Positions 37,257 through 50,907 of a stretch of DNA of 63,977 nucleotides are shown here, one piece after another. The stretch is from Octopus bimaculoides (taxonomy: Eukaryota). A model generated the notes under the pieces. It did not search any database and had not been told where the DNA came from. It saw only the letters and a list, made by a program, of their open reading frames with translations. The position numbers were made by a program, and so were the translations under genes. Each line of letters begins with the position of its first letter. Position 1 is the first letter of the stretch. Location of the stretch: NCBI RefSeq assembly GCF_001194135.2, contig NC_068981.1, forward strand, positions 143,083,062 through 143,147,038. The letters are read 5' to 3'.

Positions 37257-38699
37257 ATATACGGTTCAGACATTGATAATGCAGCAATCAGTATTAGAAA
37301 ATGAATGGCTATAACAAAGGAACACATGCCTGTCCTTTCAGTAAAACCAATTAAAGTTTTGTAATTTCTGTCGAAAAATCGCTGTCACTACATAAAAATT
37401 TCGGTAATTTGTTTTTTTTGTTGTTTTTTTTTAACTTTATATGTCTATACAACCACTTCAGTTAATCCCGCACACTTCGACTAATCCTCAACACTGTGTT
37501 TCAGAGGGTAGAAATACAATTGGGAGACAGTCAATCCATTCTTAATAATCAAAACTTCTAATATTGAAATACCTTTCTGCTTCTCTCATTCGTTCATTTT
37601 TAGAACTACTAATCTTCAGACGCTCAAAGTGATTATTAAGTTACTCAATTGGACCTTTCCTGTAGCCTAACATATTTCGAAATGTCTGACCTTTTTTTTT
37701 CTCTCTAAAATAGACAATTTACCGTCAATTTTCACCAATTATTTATTTTTTCGAGATGCTGGTGTATTTTTATATTTAGAATCTAAATCTATTTCTGATT
37801 TGCAGAAAAAGAAAATAACTGAGACTTAACTACACTTCTTGTTACATTGCAGTGAATAGATACAGCTCTTAGCGAAAAATATATCTTTCAGTAGAAAAAT
37901 AGTATAAAGCATGCGTATAAAGACAGAGAATTTTGGGATTGAAAGAGCCACAGGGAACTCGTTAAATTGGTGGTTGGCGATATATAAGCATCGAATAATA
38001 TATTTAATAAGACTGAAGAAACAGGGACAATAATTTGGCAGCTAATTCAAAACGGAGGCAAGAAGGGCTTACATGATAGGGAAATATTTGATGGTGTGAA
38101 ATTATAAACTGATCAATTATTGGAATGTAATTTGATTGGAGATATATACTGATACGTGAATGACGAAATAAGTGGCTACCTGACTAAATAACGTTATTTA
38201 TAAATATTTGATTATGTGCATGCAAAAACATACTCATCTGATGGAGACATCTAAGGATATGCAGACTAGTTGAGAGATTTGGTGTATGGATATAGGGATC
38301 GAAGGATAAAGGATGAAATTAGTACATATGTACAGTGATTACAGTAGATCAGTCCACGTCAGCAAATTTACTTTCTTTAAGAAAACAGCAGTCTACAGTT
38401 TCGATGAAAATGTAGCATAATATCCAGCAGATATACCGAACTCTTCGGGAGTCGCTCCTTGGTTTATCTTTTCTACATATGGATGCATGATGACCCCGCA
38501 AACCTGCACGTGCCTGACAGTAAGTTATATATATATATATAAATATATATATATACGTATGTATATGTATGTATATGTATATATATAAATATATATATAT
38601 ACGTATATATATGTATGTATATGTATGTATATAAATATATACACGTATATATATATGAATATATGCATGTTCGTATATGTATATATAAATATATGCATG

Positions 38700-38740
<41 letters not shown>

Positions 38741-38886
38741 AATGCAAATAATGNNNNNNNNNNNNNNNNNNNNNNNNNNNNNNNNNNNNNNNNNNNNNNN
38801 NNNNNNNNNNNNNNNNNNNNNNNNNNNNNNNNNNNNNNNNNNNNNNNNNNNNNNNNNNNNNNNNNNNNNNNNNNNNNNNNNNNNNN

Positions 38887-38918
<32 letters not shown>

Positions 38919-38934
38919 TATATGTATATAATAC

Positions 38935-39060
38935 AGTTCTATATTTAAGAGATGACGAATTATGTACATTATTTACATTATTTACAATTGACGCATATTT
39001 GTCTTCATCTTGTTTGTTGTTAACACACCGTTTCGGCTGATATACCCTCCAACCTTCATC
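38935..39060 (-). mobile_element. Solo 3' fragment of PLE pLTR with truncated hammerhead
   Basis: Homologous to 31140-31264. Minus strand GATGAAGGTTGGAGGGTATATCAGCCGAAACGGTGTGTT; truncated within the core. Confidence 0.85.
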
Positions 39061-39542
39061 ACGTAGGAATACTTTATTTCCTTTAAATATGGTACCAAAA
39101 ACTATGTTTAAACATTTATTACTCGTTCCATTCCATAATATATTTTGAATTTTTAAATGACATGTCTTTCGATATTTCATTATTCTCATGTATATTTTTA
39201 CCTATACTGTATATATTTATATATTTATTTGTTCTTGCATATCTTTAACATTCATATATATTTTGATATTTCTATGTCTTTATATTCTGAATGTATTAAT
39301 ATGTGCTGTAGACAATTCTATCATGTTAAATACGCATATGTATACACTAATCGTGGTCCTTCTTTGTATCTCTTTTACTTGTATGTGTTTGTGTGTGTCT
39401 GTGTGTGTGTGCCTGTGTGTGTGTGTATGTGGGTGGGTGGGTGTGTGTATGTCTGTGTCTGTGTGTGTGTATGTGTGTGTGTGTATGTGTGTTTGTGTGT
39501 CTGTGTGAGTGTGTGTGTGTGTGTTGTGTGTGTTTGTGTGTG

Positions 39543-39582
<40 letters not shown>

Positions 39583-41411
39583 ATAGCCATGTCTGCAAGA
39601 CGATTTATACTCACTTGCAGATAAATGCTGAATGATAAGTTGTGTGCAAGGCGATGAGTCTGTAATATATTAGCGATAGTGTAGATGTTTTAGCTTACTT
39701 AAATATCAGAATCAGGTGTATTCTTAGAACAAATACTTTATATCTCCTCTACATGTTGCTTATAAAATTTCTATTTGTCTGGCCTATACGCAAATTTGTA
39801 TTTAAACGTACATATATGTACACAGAAACGTACATGTACACATGCCACAACACACACACATACACACACAAACTCACACACAAACGGACATATACAAATG
39901 CATGTATGCATGTATATGTGCGTGTGTGCGTTTGTGTTTTTGTTTGTATTGCATGTACGCACATACACACAAACAAATAAAAGAACGTGTAGATTGGGAG
40001 AATGATTGATAGGCAGTCAAAAATGCATGCATGCATGTATGTTCACGTCTATGTACGTATGTATTCATGTATGGCTGTATGCCTGTGTGTATGTAGATAT
40101 GTGTGCATGCATATATGTATGAATGGATGGAGGTGTGTATGTATGCAGAGATGTATATGTTTAAATCAGTCAATCAGTCCTTCAGACTCTAGATATTATT
40201 AAGATCTATGTAGTTACGCCGTGCATAATCCTATGAAATCAAATTCAGGATTACACTTACAGAGCTAAGACTATTTGATCTAAGAGTAATAGTACAAATA
40301 AAAGAACACATAGGACGTGTTATTTAAGCTGAAATTGAAAGACAATGACATGCAGCTAAAATAGCCTGTAGCTATCGAAACCAATAATAATTTACATGAG
40401 ATGAATAATAGTATGTTACGTATCACTAAGACCACTTCCAAAGTCCTATACGATTAGTCATCTTTCTATTAAGTACGACATGAAATACATTCTACTCTGT
40501 AGTAGTATTTGTCATCATTGATTATTTCCATAGTTTTTTATCATTATTTTATTATTATTGTGTTTTATTTTGCTGCATTTTTTTTAAATGTTTAACTTTA
40601 TTGTTTGTTATTTTATTGTTGCTTGCTTTCTCACATTCTCTTCAGCACAAGTAACGGTAGTGATAAGAGCTCGTGTCGGTCTGAGACTGCGGAATTTTTT
40701 TTATCAATGTTTACTTTAATGAAAACGCCTGCAAGTCATGTTGTCGTGTTGTGACCTCTTTAGAAGTCTATCACAAAACCGTAACGCTATTCATGTCACT
40801 CACTTTACATATTTCTCTCCACCATTGTCTCTCCCTATTTGATTGAAATGTACAATTTCCAACCATCCCTAACACATCCCTATGTAATATATGTATGTAT
40901 ATATATATATATACATATATAGACGTATGTGTAAATACATATATGTATATATATGTGCATATATATGCATATATATATATATATANNNNNNNNNNNNNNN
41001 NNNNNNNNNNNNNNNNNNNNNNNNNNNNNNNNNNNNNNNNNNNNNNNNNNNNNNNNNNNNNNNNNNNNNNNNNNNNNNNNNNNNNNNNNNNNNNNNNNNN
41101 NNNNNNNNNNNNNNNNNNNNNNNNNNNNNNNNNNNNNNNNNNNNNNNNNNNNNNNNNNNNNNNNNNNNNNNNNNNNNNNNNNNNNNNNNNNNNNNNNNNN
41201 NNNNNNNNNNNNNNNNNNNNNNNNNNNNNNNNNNNNNNNNNNNNNNNNNNNNNNNNNNNNNNNNNNNNNNNNNNNNNNNNNNNNNNNNNNNNNNNNNNNN
41301 NNNNNNNNNNNNNNNNNNNNNNNNNNNNNNNNNNNNNNNNNNNNNNNNNNNNNNNNNNNNNNNNNNNNNNNNNNNNNNNNNNNNNNNNNNNNNNNNNNNN
41401 NNNNNNNNNNN

Positions 41412-41456
<45 letters not shown>

Positions 41457-41779
41457 GTATACATACACATACACTTGCACACGCAAGTAGAAACACACAC
41501 ACATGCACTCGCGCGTACAAACATACACACATACAAGCTGCGATGAGTAAATTGTGGCCATTTTATATTTTTAGTTGGATGCATGCAATGTTTTTGATTT
41601 TGTCGACTACCCATAATGATAGGGTCCGTTGGACACCGTATGTGTGTAAAACAGCACCATGACAGAATTCATATTGCCAGACATTTGGAAACGACATGCT
41701 ATACTGCTTGGCATTCGCACCGGGGATTTCCAACACTAACATGTCAGAAGGTTTAGGTGTCAAAACTGTGGATGGTACA

Positions 41780-43160
41780 ATCTGACGACATATACTGAGA
41801 GTGATAAAAATCCTGAAGCTTGGATTTCTGTTATTGGCGCAAATGTTGATTTGTTAGCTGAATGCTATCTTTCTGTTTCTTAGAATTTTGATCTGGGATC
41901 TGTGCAGGCCCATCCGTTGACGTAGACTGATTTTTGCTTGTCCTATGTATTGCTCTTCACACCCAGAGCAGGTTAATGCGTATATCAGGTTCTCCGAAAC
42001 ACACGTGAAGCTCCTTTTCACAGTGAAACGTTGTCCCTGTTTGAAGGAGAATTGTCACATATCCCACAGTTGGGTCTTCCGCATTTTCTTTATTGGCGGC
42101 TTCATTGTTGTTGTTGGGCGTATTCGGGCTTGTAGTAGGAGACCTTTCATAAGTTTGGGCTGTCTCTTACATTTTATGATGGTGTGTGTTTGGAGGATTA
42201 AGTTCATTCTGTGATACTTTTTTAGCAGGGGAATGTTTTGCAGGATGGTATCGAAGGCTTCACTGTTAAGAGGGTTGTGTATAGAAATGTATGGTAGGGC
42301 TTTTGGTTGTAAATCCTTCTTTAATTTGGGATGTCTGAGTTCATGGATGTTGAGCTGCAGGGCACGTTGAAAGAATATGTCAGTTATTGATTTTGGGTAG
42401 TTTCTGGTGATGAGTGTATCCTTAGTTCATGTCGTCGTGTGTCCCTGATGCTTGCATTAAAAGCTATAGTACATATCCGTTTTGTTAGGTTGAAGGGGAT
42501 ATTCATTCTGGTGCGTCGGGGGTGGCATGAATTGAATGGTCGATATTACTTGGAGTCCGTGGGATTATCGTATATATCTGTTTCTATTACGTTGTTAGAT
42601 TTTTTAATGAGGATGTCGAGGAAGGAAAGTTGTTGGTGGCTATATTCCATCATGAATTGAATGTTTACGTCAAGTCCATTTATAAGTGCTTGAAATTCTT
42701 TAAGTCTCTCTATACTCTCATGCGAATAATGAAACATTAATCCAGGTAACGCTTCCAGTTATTTTCTATGTAGAGGGAGAATGGGCTGTCATATTTTTTC
42801 TAGAACCTTACGGTAAGGACTAATTTCTAAATATCCCATGACTAGGTTAGCAAAGGGGGGTGGGGGGTTCATTCTCGTACCCAGCGTAGGATATTAGTAG
42901 GGTGTTTTTGTTTATTGTTTCAGGAAGGTGATTGAGCATATCTAGGTCGTCCCTTATGTAGCATTTGATATGATTGAGGAATGGTTTTAAGAGGGTATCT
43001 AAAATGTTACTAGTATCCTTGGATGTAGTCAACCTCTATTCCAATATCCCCCACAACCTATAAATTAGTATTTATCGTAAGGTTCTAGAATAATACGCCA
43101 GTCCATTCTGCCTCTACATAGAAAATAACTAGAAGTGTTACCTGGATGACTGTTTCATTT
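41780..43160 (-). mobile_element. Second PLE family (Neptune-type) remnant: RT, Cys-rich linker, GIY-YIG
   Basis: ILDTLLKPFLNHIKCYIRDDLDML; FANLVMGYLE; WKRYLD*CF; QLSFLDILIKK...TDIYDNPTDSK; linker KCGRPNCGIC; SENLIYALTCSGCEEQYIGQ. Confidence 0.85.
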
Positions 43161-43164
43161 TCTA

Positions 43165-43960
43165 TTATTTCTTTCACCATCAATTTATCCGTTTTCAGTA
43201 TCCCCAAGTACTTATAGCCCGTCTATTCTATCTGCTTCATAACCTCCCCCCGACGGTATCGCTAGCCTGTCCATACATTTGATTTTCCCTCTCTTTAAGA
43301 CTGACACACCTCACTTTTTCAGTCCGAAATCCATTCTGATATCAGCGCTGAAAGTATATATTGTGTCAACGAGGAAACTGACTTGTATATATTGAATCAA
43401 CGAGGAAAGTGGTTGACTTTTTGTTGCGGCTTTTGAGTGCATATCCAGCCTTCGCCGTCCTGAGTATCAGTATTAGTGTTATCATGCACAGTACAAAGAT
43501 CAGTGGGCACATGCACCCCTTGGAAGATGATTCTCCTGATTTCTATTGTCCCTAAACTTCTTCTATATGCTGTCAGTTCCGTCCTCTACTTCGCCATACT
43601 TTTTCGAAGGAATCGCTCAACATTCGATGCAATACCAAAAAGGTCCATAGATTCCATAATCCAAGAATGTGGGATTATATCGTACGCCTTACGATAATCA
43701 ATCTATCACATGGCTAAATTACTTTTCCTCTTCTTGCAGTCTCTAAGTACAGTTTTGTCTACTAGGAGTTGATACATCGTACCTCAGCAGTTACGCTTGC
43801 AGCCCTTCTGCTAATGTGAGAGTACTCGATTTTTTTGATGTTTTTAATCAGATATCCGTACATTGACTCTGTGACTATTCCTGATGTGGCAAGTAAGGTA
43901 TGGACCTCTAATTGTTTGCCGTATTGCCTTTTTCGATGTTTTTCAAGCACAACACTGCCC
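43165..43960 (-). mobile_element. Degraded non-LTR RT fragment (R4/Dong-like)
   Basis: IDYRKAYDIIPHSWIMES; IEIRRIIFQG..CPLIFVLCM; FGLKK*GVSVLKRGK; GYKYLGIL. Confidence 0.72.
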
Positions 43961-44066
43961 TACCCATTGACAACCACTCTGGTGTTACTTGCCTGGCATT
44001 TAACAATATGTTGAGCTGTACAGCTATTCGTGCATGATATTCACCAAAACATTTGATCCAGTAGCC

Positions 44067-44125
<59 letters not shown>

Positions 44126-44675
44126 GAGTGACAGTGTGCAACGCATGCCATCATAGTGACACTGTGGTCAACTATACGAAGCGCAACATATCCATTATGA
44201 GTACCCCTCTAGTAGGGATACACTAGGCACATGCATCACAAACATGTGTATGACACGGTGATTTCATATCAAGATAAACAGATCATGGTTTTGCAGGTGA
44301 CCCCATTTAGAATTTCCTTCATATTGAGAAGCCCTCCTCTCTCAAAACTTCCCTGTATAAGGGTTGTTTAAGGTTCTTGAACGAAACATCCATGTTTCCA
44401 GAAGAGAATTATTCAAACCCTAATGAATTCCTCTTGACACATGGTTATGATGCTGCCCCATTACTTCTGTTCTTGTACAGACATGCACATATTGTGAGCC
44501 TCAAAGTGACATGCACAGCTGTTTAAGGTCAAACAATTGACAAGCAAATCTGTGATATTGAGCAGAATATTTGCTGCAGCCAATCTTTTACACGAAGAGA
44601 AAACTTGTGCATGATAACATTTCTAATCCATTAAGATCAGAAACCATGAGAGCCAGTGCCTGTTATTGCATAAGG

Positions 44676-44741
<66 letters not shown>
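44067..44741 (-). mobile_element. (AAT)n-tailed retroelement, copy 3, bracketed by (TTA)n on both sides
   Basis: Body 44126-44676 is homologous to 6859-7345; (TTA)n at 44067-44125 and 44677-44741. Confidence 0.82.
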
Positions 44742-44743
<2 letters not shown>

Positions 44744-45249
44744 GATAGATAGATAGATAGATGACCTAGAAACTAGGTTGTATGCCTGGCCTGACAGACG
44801 CCTGACATCATCTCTGGAAAACGTATTTAAAATCTAGTCAAAATGAATTAGATTCAGACATTGTAATATGCACATGATTCTCGCCTTCAATAAAACGCCG
44901 ATAACAAATGTCACAAAAATGATTTCATTCGAAATAGAATACTATGATAGTTTTAAAACATCGATAAAAATTGAGAGTTTATTGTCCTGAATAAAACATA
45001 GGAAAATAATAAAAATATATGATAAACCAATAAAAAATAAGTTTGAATGGGGTGACTCGTCTTCTTTATTAGGGCCGTCCGTCATTGTATACACTAGTAT
45101 ATGCAATAGAATCACATTTTCTCTTTCTCTCTGAATTAAGCATGCATTCACGGCTTTCTCTCCCCATCTCTCTCTCTCTGTATGTGTGCCTGGGNNNNNN
45201 NNNNNNNNNNNNNNNNNNNNNNNNNNNNNNNNNNNNNNNNNNNNNNNNN

Positions 45250-45301
<52 letters not shown>

Positions 45302-45764
45302 GTGTGTGCGTGTGTGTGTACATGTGTGTGCGTATGTGTGTACGAATACCTGTTTATGGATGTATGTTAAGTTATATATATATTTTTCTCTTTTCAAACT
45401 GATGGGTTATTGAATCCATTTTTTATAAAGGGCATAGTTGCAAAATTTTACCAGGAAATGTCTGGCAGTGACCCAGTCGAAAATTATATATATATGTGTA
45501 GATTGACAGATGGATAGATAGATGCATATATGTATTTACCAAAAAAAACTTATGGATGATTTAACGGAATGCTAATGCATGTATAAAGATTTAATATAAA
45601 CCACTAAATGTATGCTGTTTGAGCAGTTCTCACTGACGATCTCTATGGAATAGACGAAACTACACGTCTAGTCCGTGTACTTTCGAATCGGCAGGGGGCG
45701 GTTGCCTTCCCTGTCAGCATGTGTGTATCTGCGCTGTTCCTACAGCATTAAGACTATTTTAACA

Positions 45765-45985
45765 CGGCGGCCAGCTAGCAGAAACGTTAGCACGCCGGGC
45801 GATATACTTAGCCGTATTTCGTCTGCTGCTACGTTCTGACTTCAAATTCCACCGAGGTCGACTTTGCCTTTCATCCTTTCGGGGTCGATAAATTAAGTAC
45901 CAGTGAAACACTGGGGTTGATGCAATTGACTAGTCCCCTCCCCAAAAATGTCAAGCCCTTGTACCATCAGTAGAGAGGATTAAGT
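45765..45985 (+). mobile_element. SINE family A, tail type 2 variant
   Basis: CGGCGGCCAGCTAGCAGAAACGTTAGCACGCCGGGC...GAGGTCGACTTTGCCTTTCATCCTTTCGGGGTCGATAAATTAAGTACCAG. Confidence 0.9.
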
Positions 45986-46141
45986 GTATTTAACTCTTAT
46001 TTCTATTAACGTAGGAACGTCGGCACGCTCAGTTATAATTAAGGATAATTGAATTTTTCTTTATGGTAACACATTGCGTCTAGATGCTTATATCAATTTT
46101 AATATACACACATATAACTACGTATGCGTGTGTGTTTGTGT

Positions 46142-46177
<36 letters not shown>

Positions 46178-46545
46178 TCGCGCGCGCGTGTGTGTGTATG
46201 TGTGTGTGTGTAATTCTTAGTAACTGAAGCTGAATAAATATCAAAAGTTACTGCATATATATGCTCGCTTAAAAGTGGATGCTCTGTTAGAATTTCACTA
46301 TATATATACACAGGTTATGTACAGTACAGATTTGCTGTGGCCGGACGCATTTGACGTGTATTTTCATTATATAGGCATGATAGCTTCCGTCGCCTTAACT
46401 ATAATTGTAGCCTATACAGTTATATGCATACATGTGTGTGTGTGTGTGTTTGTGTGTGTGTTTGTGTTTGTGTGTGCTTGTGTGTNNNNNNNNNNTGTGT
46501 GTGTGTTTGTGTGTGTGTTTGTGTTTGTGTGTGCTTGTGTGTGTA

Positions 46546-46580
<35 letters not shown>

Positions 46581-46648
46581 GGTAGATAGATAGACAGATA
46601 GAAAGACAGGCAGACATACGGAGGGACAGGCAGACAGAGAGGTAGAAA

Positions 46649-46682
<34 letters not shown>

Positions 46683-48056
46683 GGATAGATAATGTATTGT
46701 GGTTATGTGTTATTGTGTGCTTATGTCAAAACACACTCACACACGTATCTCTCTGTGTGCATCCGTGCTCCGTCACATACTTATGTTTGCATATTCTCTT
46801 TTAATTTTGTAACAAGATATTCCCAGCTGCCTAGAACCTATGTGAACATACTCTCAAGATTATCATAATACTTGGTGGCAACAGTCTATTCGTTTCGAAT
46901 GTAATACAACATACTCTGTATGTTAAAGTCCGCCTCAACTACACCCCATACAGTTTTATATGATGAAAGGAGCGACAGTGAATAATGCTGGAAGCTACTC
47001 TGACGGTTATTCTCTTTTTGTTTTATTCTTATCAAGCAATACCGGTCTTTTCTCCCTTGGCTCTGGTTAATTACTACTCCATTAGATGTTGTTTATAAAA
47101 CCCTGAAGCCGTTGACTTGTTTAAGGCAATTTCGAAACGACATATCGAATATTTGCGATGTAAAATCACAGATTATCGTGTCTTGAATAGACCACCTTGA
47201 AGAATAAAGACGAGAAGGGGAAAAACGTATAATATATGGAGATAAGATGAAGGTAAATAAGAAGCAAAGAGAGAAAGGGAGAACAGAACAGATGTGAAAT
47301 GAAAGTCAGTGGAGAGAAAACGAAAGCAGCGTAGTAATGGGAGGAGAAATATATATGGAGTAACATTATCATCGGTCCGCTGACTCTTTAGGAACGGTAG
47401 AATAACATGACGATATGACATGAACCGGTCATAAAAACACCAACTTCACAACTGAAACAACCTTTACAGTTAAGTGAAACGAAAATACAATATATTTATT
47501 TTGAGATAATCTAAATAGACTAGCTGCTTTTCTCGTCAGAAACACGAAATTTGCTAGATTTTCCCACTCACTTTTCTCTTGTGACATTCAGATAATTTTT
47601 CTAATAGCTCCGCACTTGTACATAATATTTCTCAAAATTGTTTGGGTGGGGTAGGCAATAATATTATTGTCTAGTACCTTAAGCGAATTAATTCACTTTA
47701 GAATTGAAATATTTTAGCTTGTAATTTATCCTAAAATGCATCGTATATATTATCCATCAAAATAATAATTTGCAAATATTAATATATGGAGAATTAGTTT
47801 TCCTTAAGTATCGTTTACATTGAAAAGTAATCTCTCTAAGCCACTTTAAAAGAGATTGACACAGCTGAACTTTATAGCAAATTAGTAATTTTGCTTAATG
47901 TTTTCGTGTTGTTGTCAAGTGAATAAATTGATATTTCTCCATCATTAAAACAAACGATATTTGTTTTGTTGCAGTTTTTCATGCTGTTGTTGTGTCACCC
48001 AATATCACTCATGATTAAACAGAACATTTATTATAAATATTCCTCTATTTTTTTCT

Positions 48057-48096
<40 letters not shown>

Positions 48097-48204
48097 NNNN
48101 NNNNNNNNNNNNNNNNNNNNNNNNNNNNNNNNNNNNNNNNNNNNNNNNNNNNNNNNNNNNNNNNNNNNNNNNNNNNNNNNNNNNNNNNNNNNNNNNNNNN
48201 NNNN

Positions 48205-48270
<66 letters not shown>

Positions 48271-48549
48271 ACGCGTGCGTGCGTGCTTATGTGCGTTGCG
48301 ATCACGATAGTGAATTTGTGGTTTTAATTCAAGAACTGGGAGGTCCGATCGGTTATAGAAAAATCTCTTCATCTAACGTATCTCTGCGATCACTCCAACA
48401 CTTGACGCCCACCTGTTCAGCAGTGCCGATTTGATGGAGTCAGCGAACTGCTGTACAGTACAAATATTTGATCATTATAAACAATCACGTTGCCCAGCAA
48501 GAAATTGCAAAATCATATTTCTCGAACTAAAAGAGAGTACCATCAATCT

Positions 48550-50020
48550 ATATGTATGTATGTGTATGTATACGTATGTATGTAGACATGTATGTATGTA
48601 GCGTATGTCTGTCAGTTTGTATGTATGTATGCATTTATGTATGTATGTATGTATGTATGTATGTATGGATGGATGTATGGATGAATATATGTATGTATGT
48701 ATGTACTACGTATGTATGTATGTATGTATGTATGTATGCATGAATGTATTGTGTTTGTATGTATGTATGTACGTACGTATGTATGTATGTATGTATGCAT
48801 GTATGCATGTATTATGTATGTATGTATGTATGTACGTATGTACGTATGTATGTAAAAGTTATGAGAGAAAGGGAAAGAAAATGAAAATGACAAAACTCTT
48901 TTTCATTAAAAGCGATTTCCGATGGACTGAGACGATCGTAGTGAATAATAATGAATTTCATGAATTCCATTTTCTTGCTCATTTTCTCATATTTTTTTTT
49001 ATAAACTCTACGGACACGAAGGCATTCCTGAAATAAATCTAGTTGCGTTTAAATCCATAGTGTTCATCATGTCAGGTAGCCGATTACAGTGAAGGAGCTT
49101 TAAAATGGTATACTAAAAGGTGTATACCCAAATTTAAAATTATTATGTAAGTATGCATGCATTCATGAATAAATATATAGTTGTATGTAAGTATGTATGT
49201 ATGAATATATGCAAGTGTGTATGTAAATATGCATGTGTGTATGTATGTATGTTTGTATGCATGCATCCATGTATGCATGTACCTATGTAAGTATACATGC
49301 ATATATGTGTGTATGTATGTATGCATTTACTTGTTTAGATATTTGGATATACGTTCTACCACATACGAAGGGGAATAGGCTAATCGCTGTATTGTTTGTC
49401 ACAAGAAAACACCTACTTTCGCATTCGAATCGTCCGCGATGTATGAAGAATAAATGTGAAGGTCATGTTTTCGATTCCCAATTTTAGCAATATATGTAAC
49501 AATTTGTTATTGGCTTCTAGATATCAGAATGAATCAGCGAACAAAGTCTTCGCTGAAGTTATAAACAAGAGAATCAGCTCTTCTTAGATTCAGCTGTCCG
49601 GGGGCGTTTTCGCTGAAGATACACAATGATGTTGAAGCACCTGCTGCATCAGTATCTCTCGTGCTAATGAATCGAGTATGCTATGAAAACATGCACGTCG
49701 TACAAGAGAAGCTATTCTTCTGTGACGTGTAATTTACATAGATTCATACGCCCACATGCACACACACGCGTATTTTATGCATATACATACATACATACAT
49801 ACAATTATCCGTACGTACATACATGCATACACACACACATACATACATATATATATAATACATACATACGTACATACGTACATACATACATACATAAATA
49901 CATACATATATACNNNNNNNNNNATACATACATAAATACATACATATATACATAAATACATTCATACATACATACATACATACATACTTACATACATACA
50001 TACATACATACATGCATACA
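48550..50020. repeat. Cluster of degenerate (TATG)n/(ATAC)n arrays
   Basis: Arrays at 48550-48855, 49150-49330 and 49785-50020. Confidence 0.95.
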
Positions 50021-50907
50021 TAAGTGCATCCCATGACCAACTTTGCATACATGAGGTTGATAACAGTATAAGACTTGGAAGGCAGCTCTTTGAGCAACAC
50101 TCTTTGTCTGATTACATCGAATACATGCCCAAGGAAGTTTCACAACTCTACCGCAACGTATCATCAGATGAAAGATGAGCCTATATGAGCAGAAGATTAT
50201 GCATGGATATGTTAGTAGGAAGCTCCGTGATGATAGTAACATCGATCATCAAAGCAGTTTATCATGGACCGATATCTAGATTACTACCTCCCACTTTGAA
50301 GGACATGCGTTTGCAGTCGAGCAACAGGAAATATCATCTTTTAATTATATATGATCATATCTAGATATGCAATTATATGTATGACAATACATACATAAAA
50401 TAAAACATACAAATCTACATGCATGCATATAAACATACAAAATACCCTGTTCTTTATGTTGAAATTTCAATGAATAAGTCTTGGATCTAGATTAGAAACC
50501 CACTCTTACTCTATAAGCAAGGAATCTTAAAATAATACTGAATAATGACATACATACATACACACATAGTCCAGATGTGTTTTCTTCTCTTACTCTTGTT
50601 TTTTGCAAACATCATCAAAATAACTTTCTAAAATGAAATCCCATTATGCAGCTGAGGAGTAGAGTTTCATTGTATTTTCTGTGGTGTTCTCACTACATGA
50701 ATAAATGGAGCTTGTACGAAACGTACGTACTGCTATAACCTGCTGAATTTTTGTTGCTTACCTTCAAATTTTATTCACCAAATCTCTTGATTTTGTTTTT
50801 GGTTTTTATCCTACCAAATTCTGGTGCCTCAAACATTTTAAGTACCACATTTAATATTTTGATTAAATCTATATTACATACACACATACATAGATACGTA
50901 CATACAT

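Noticed and set aside
46430-46550. Identical ~46-bp GT-rich blocks either side of a short N gap
   Set aside because: Most likely an assembly overlap artefact
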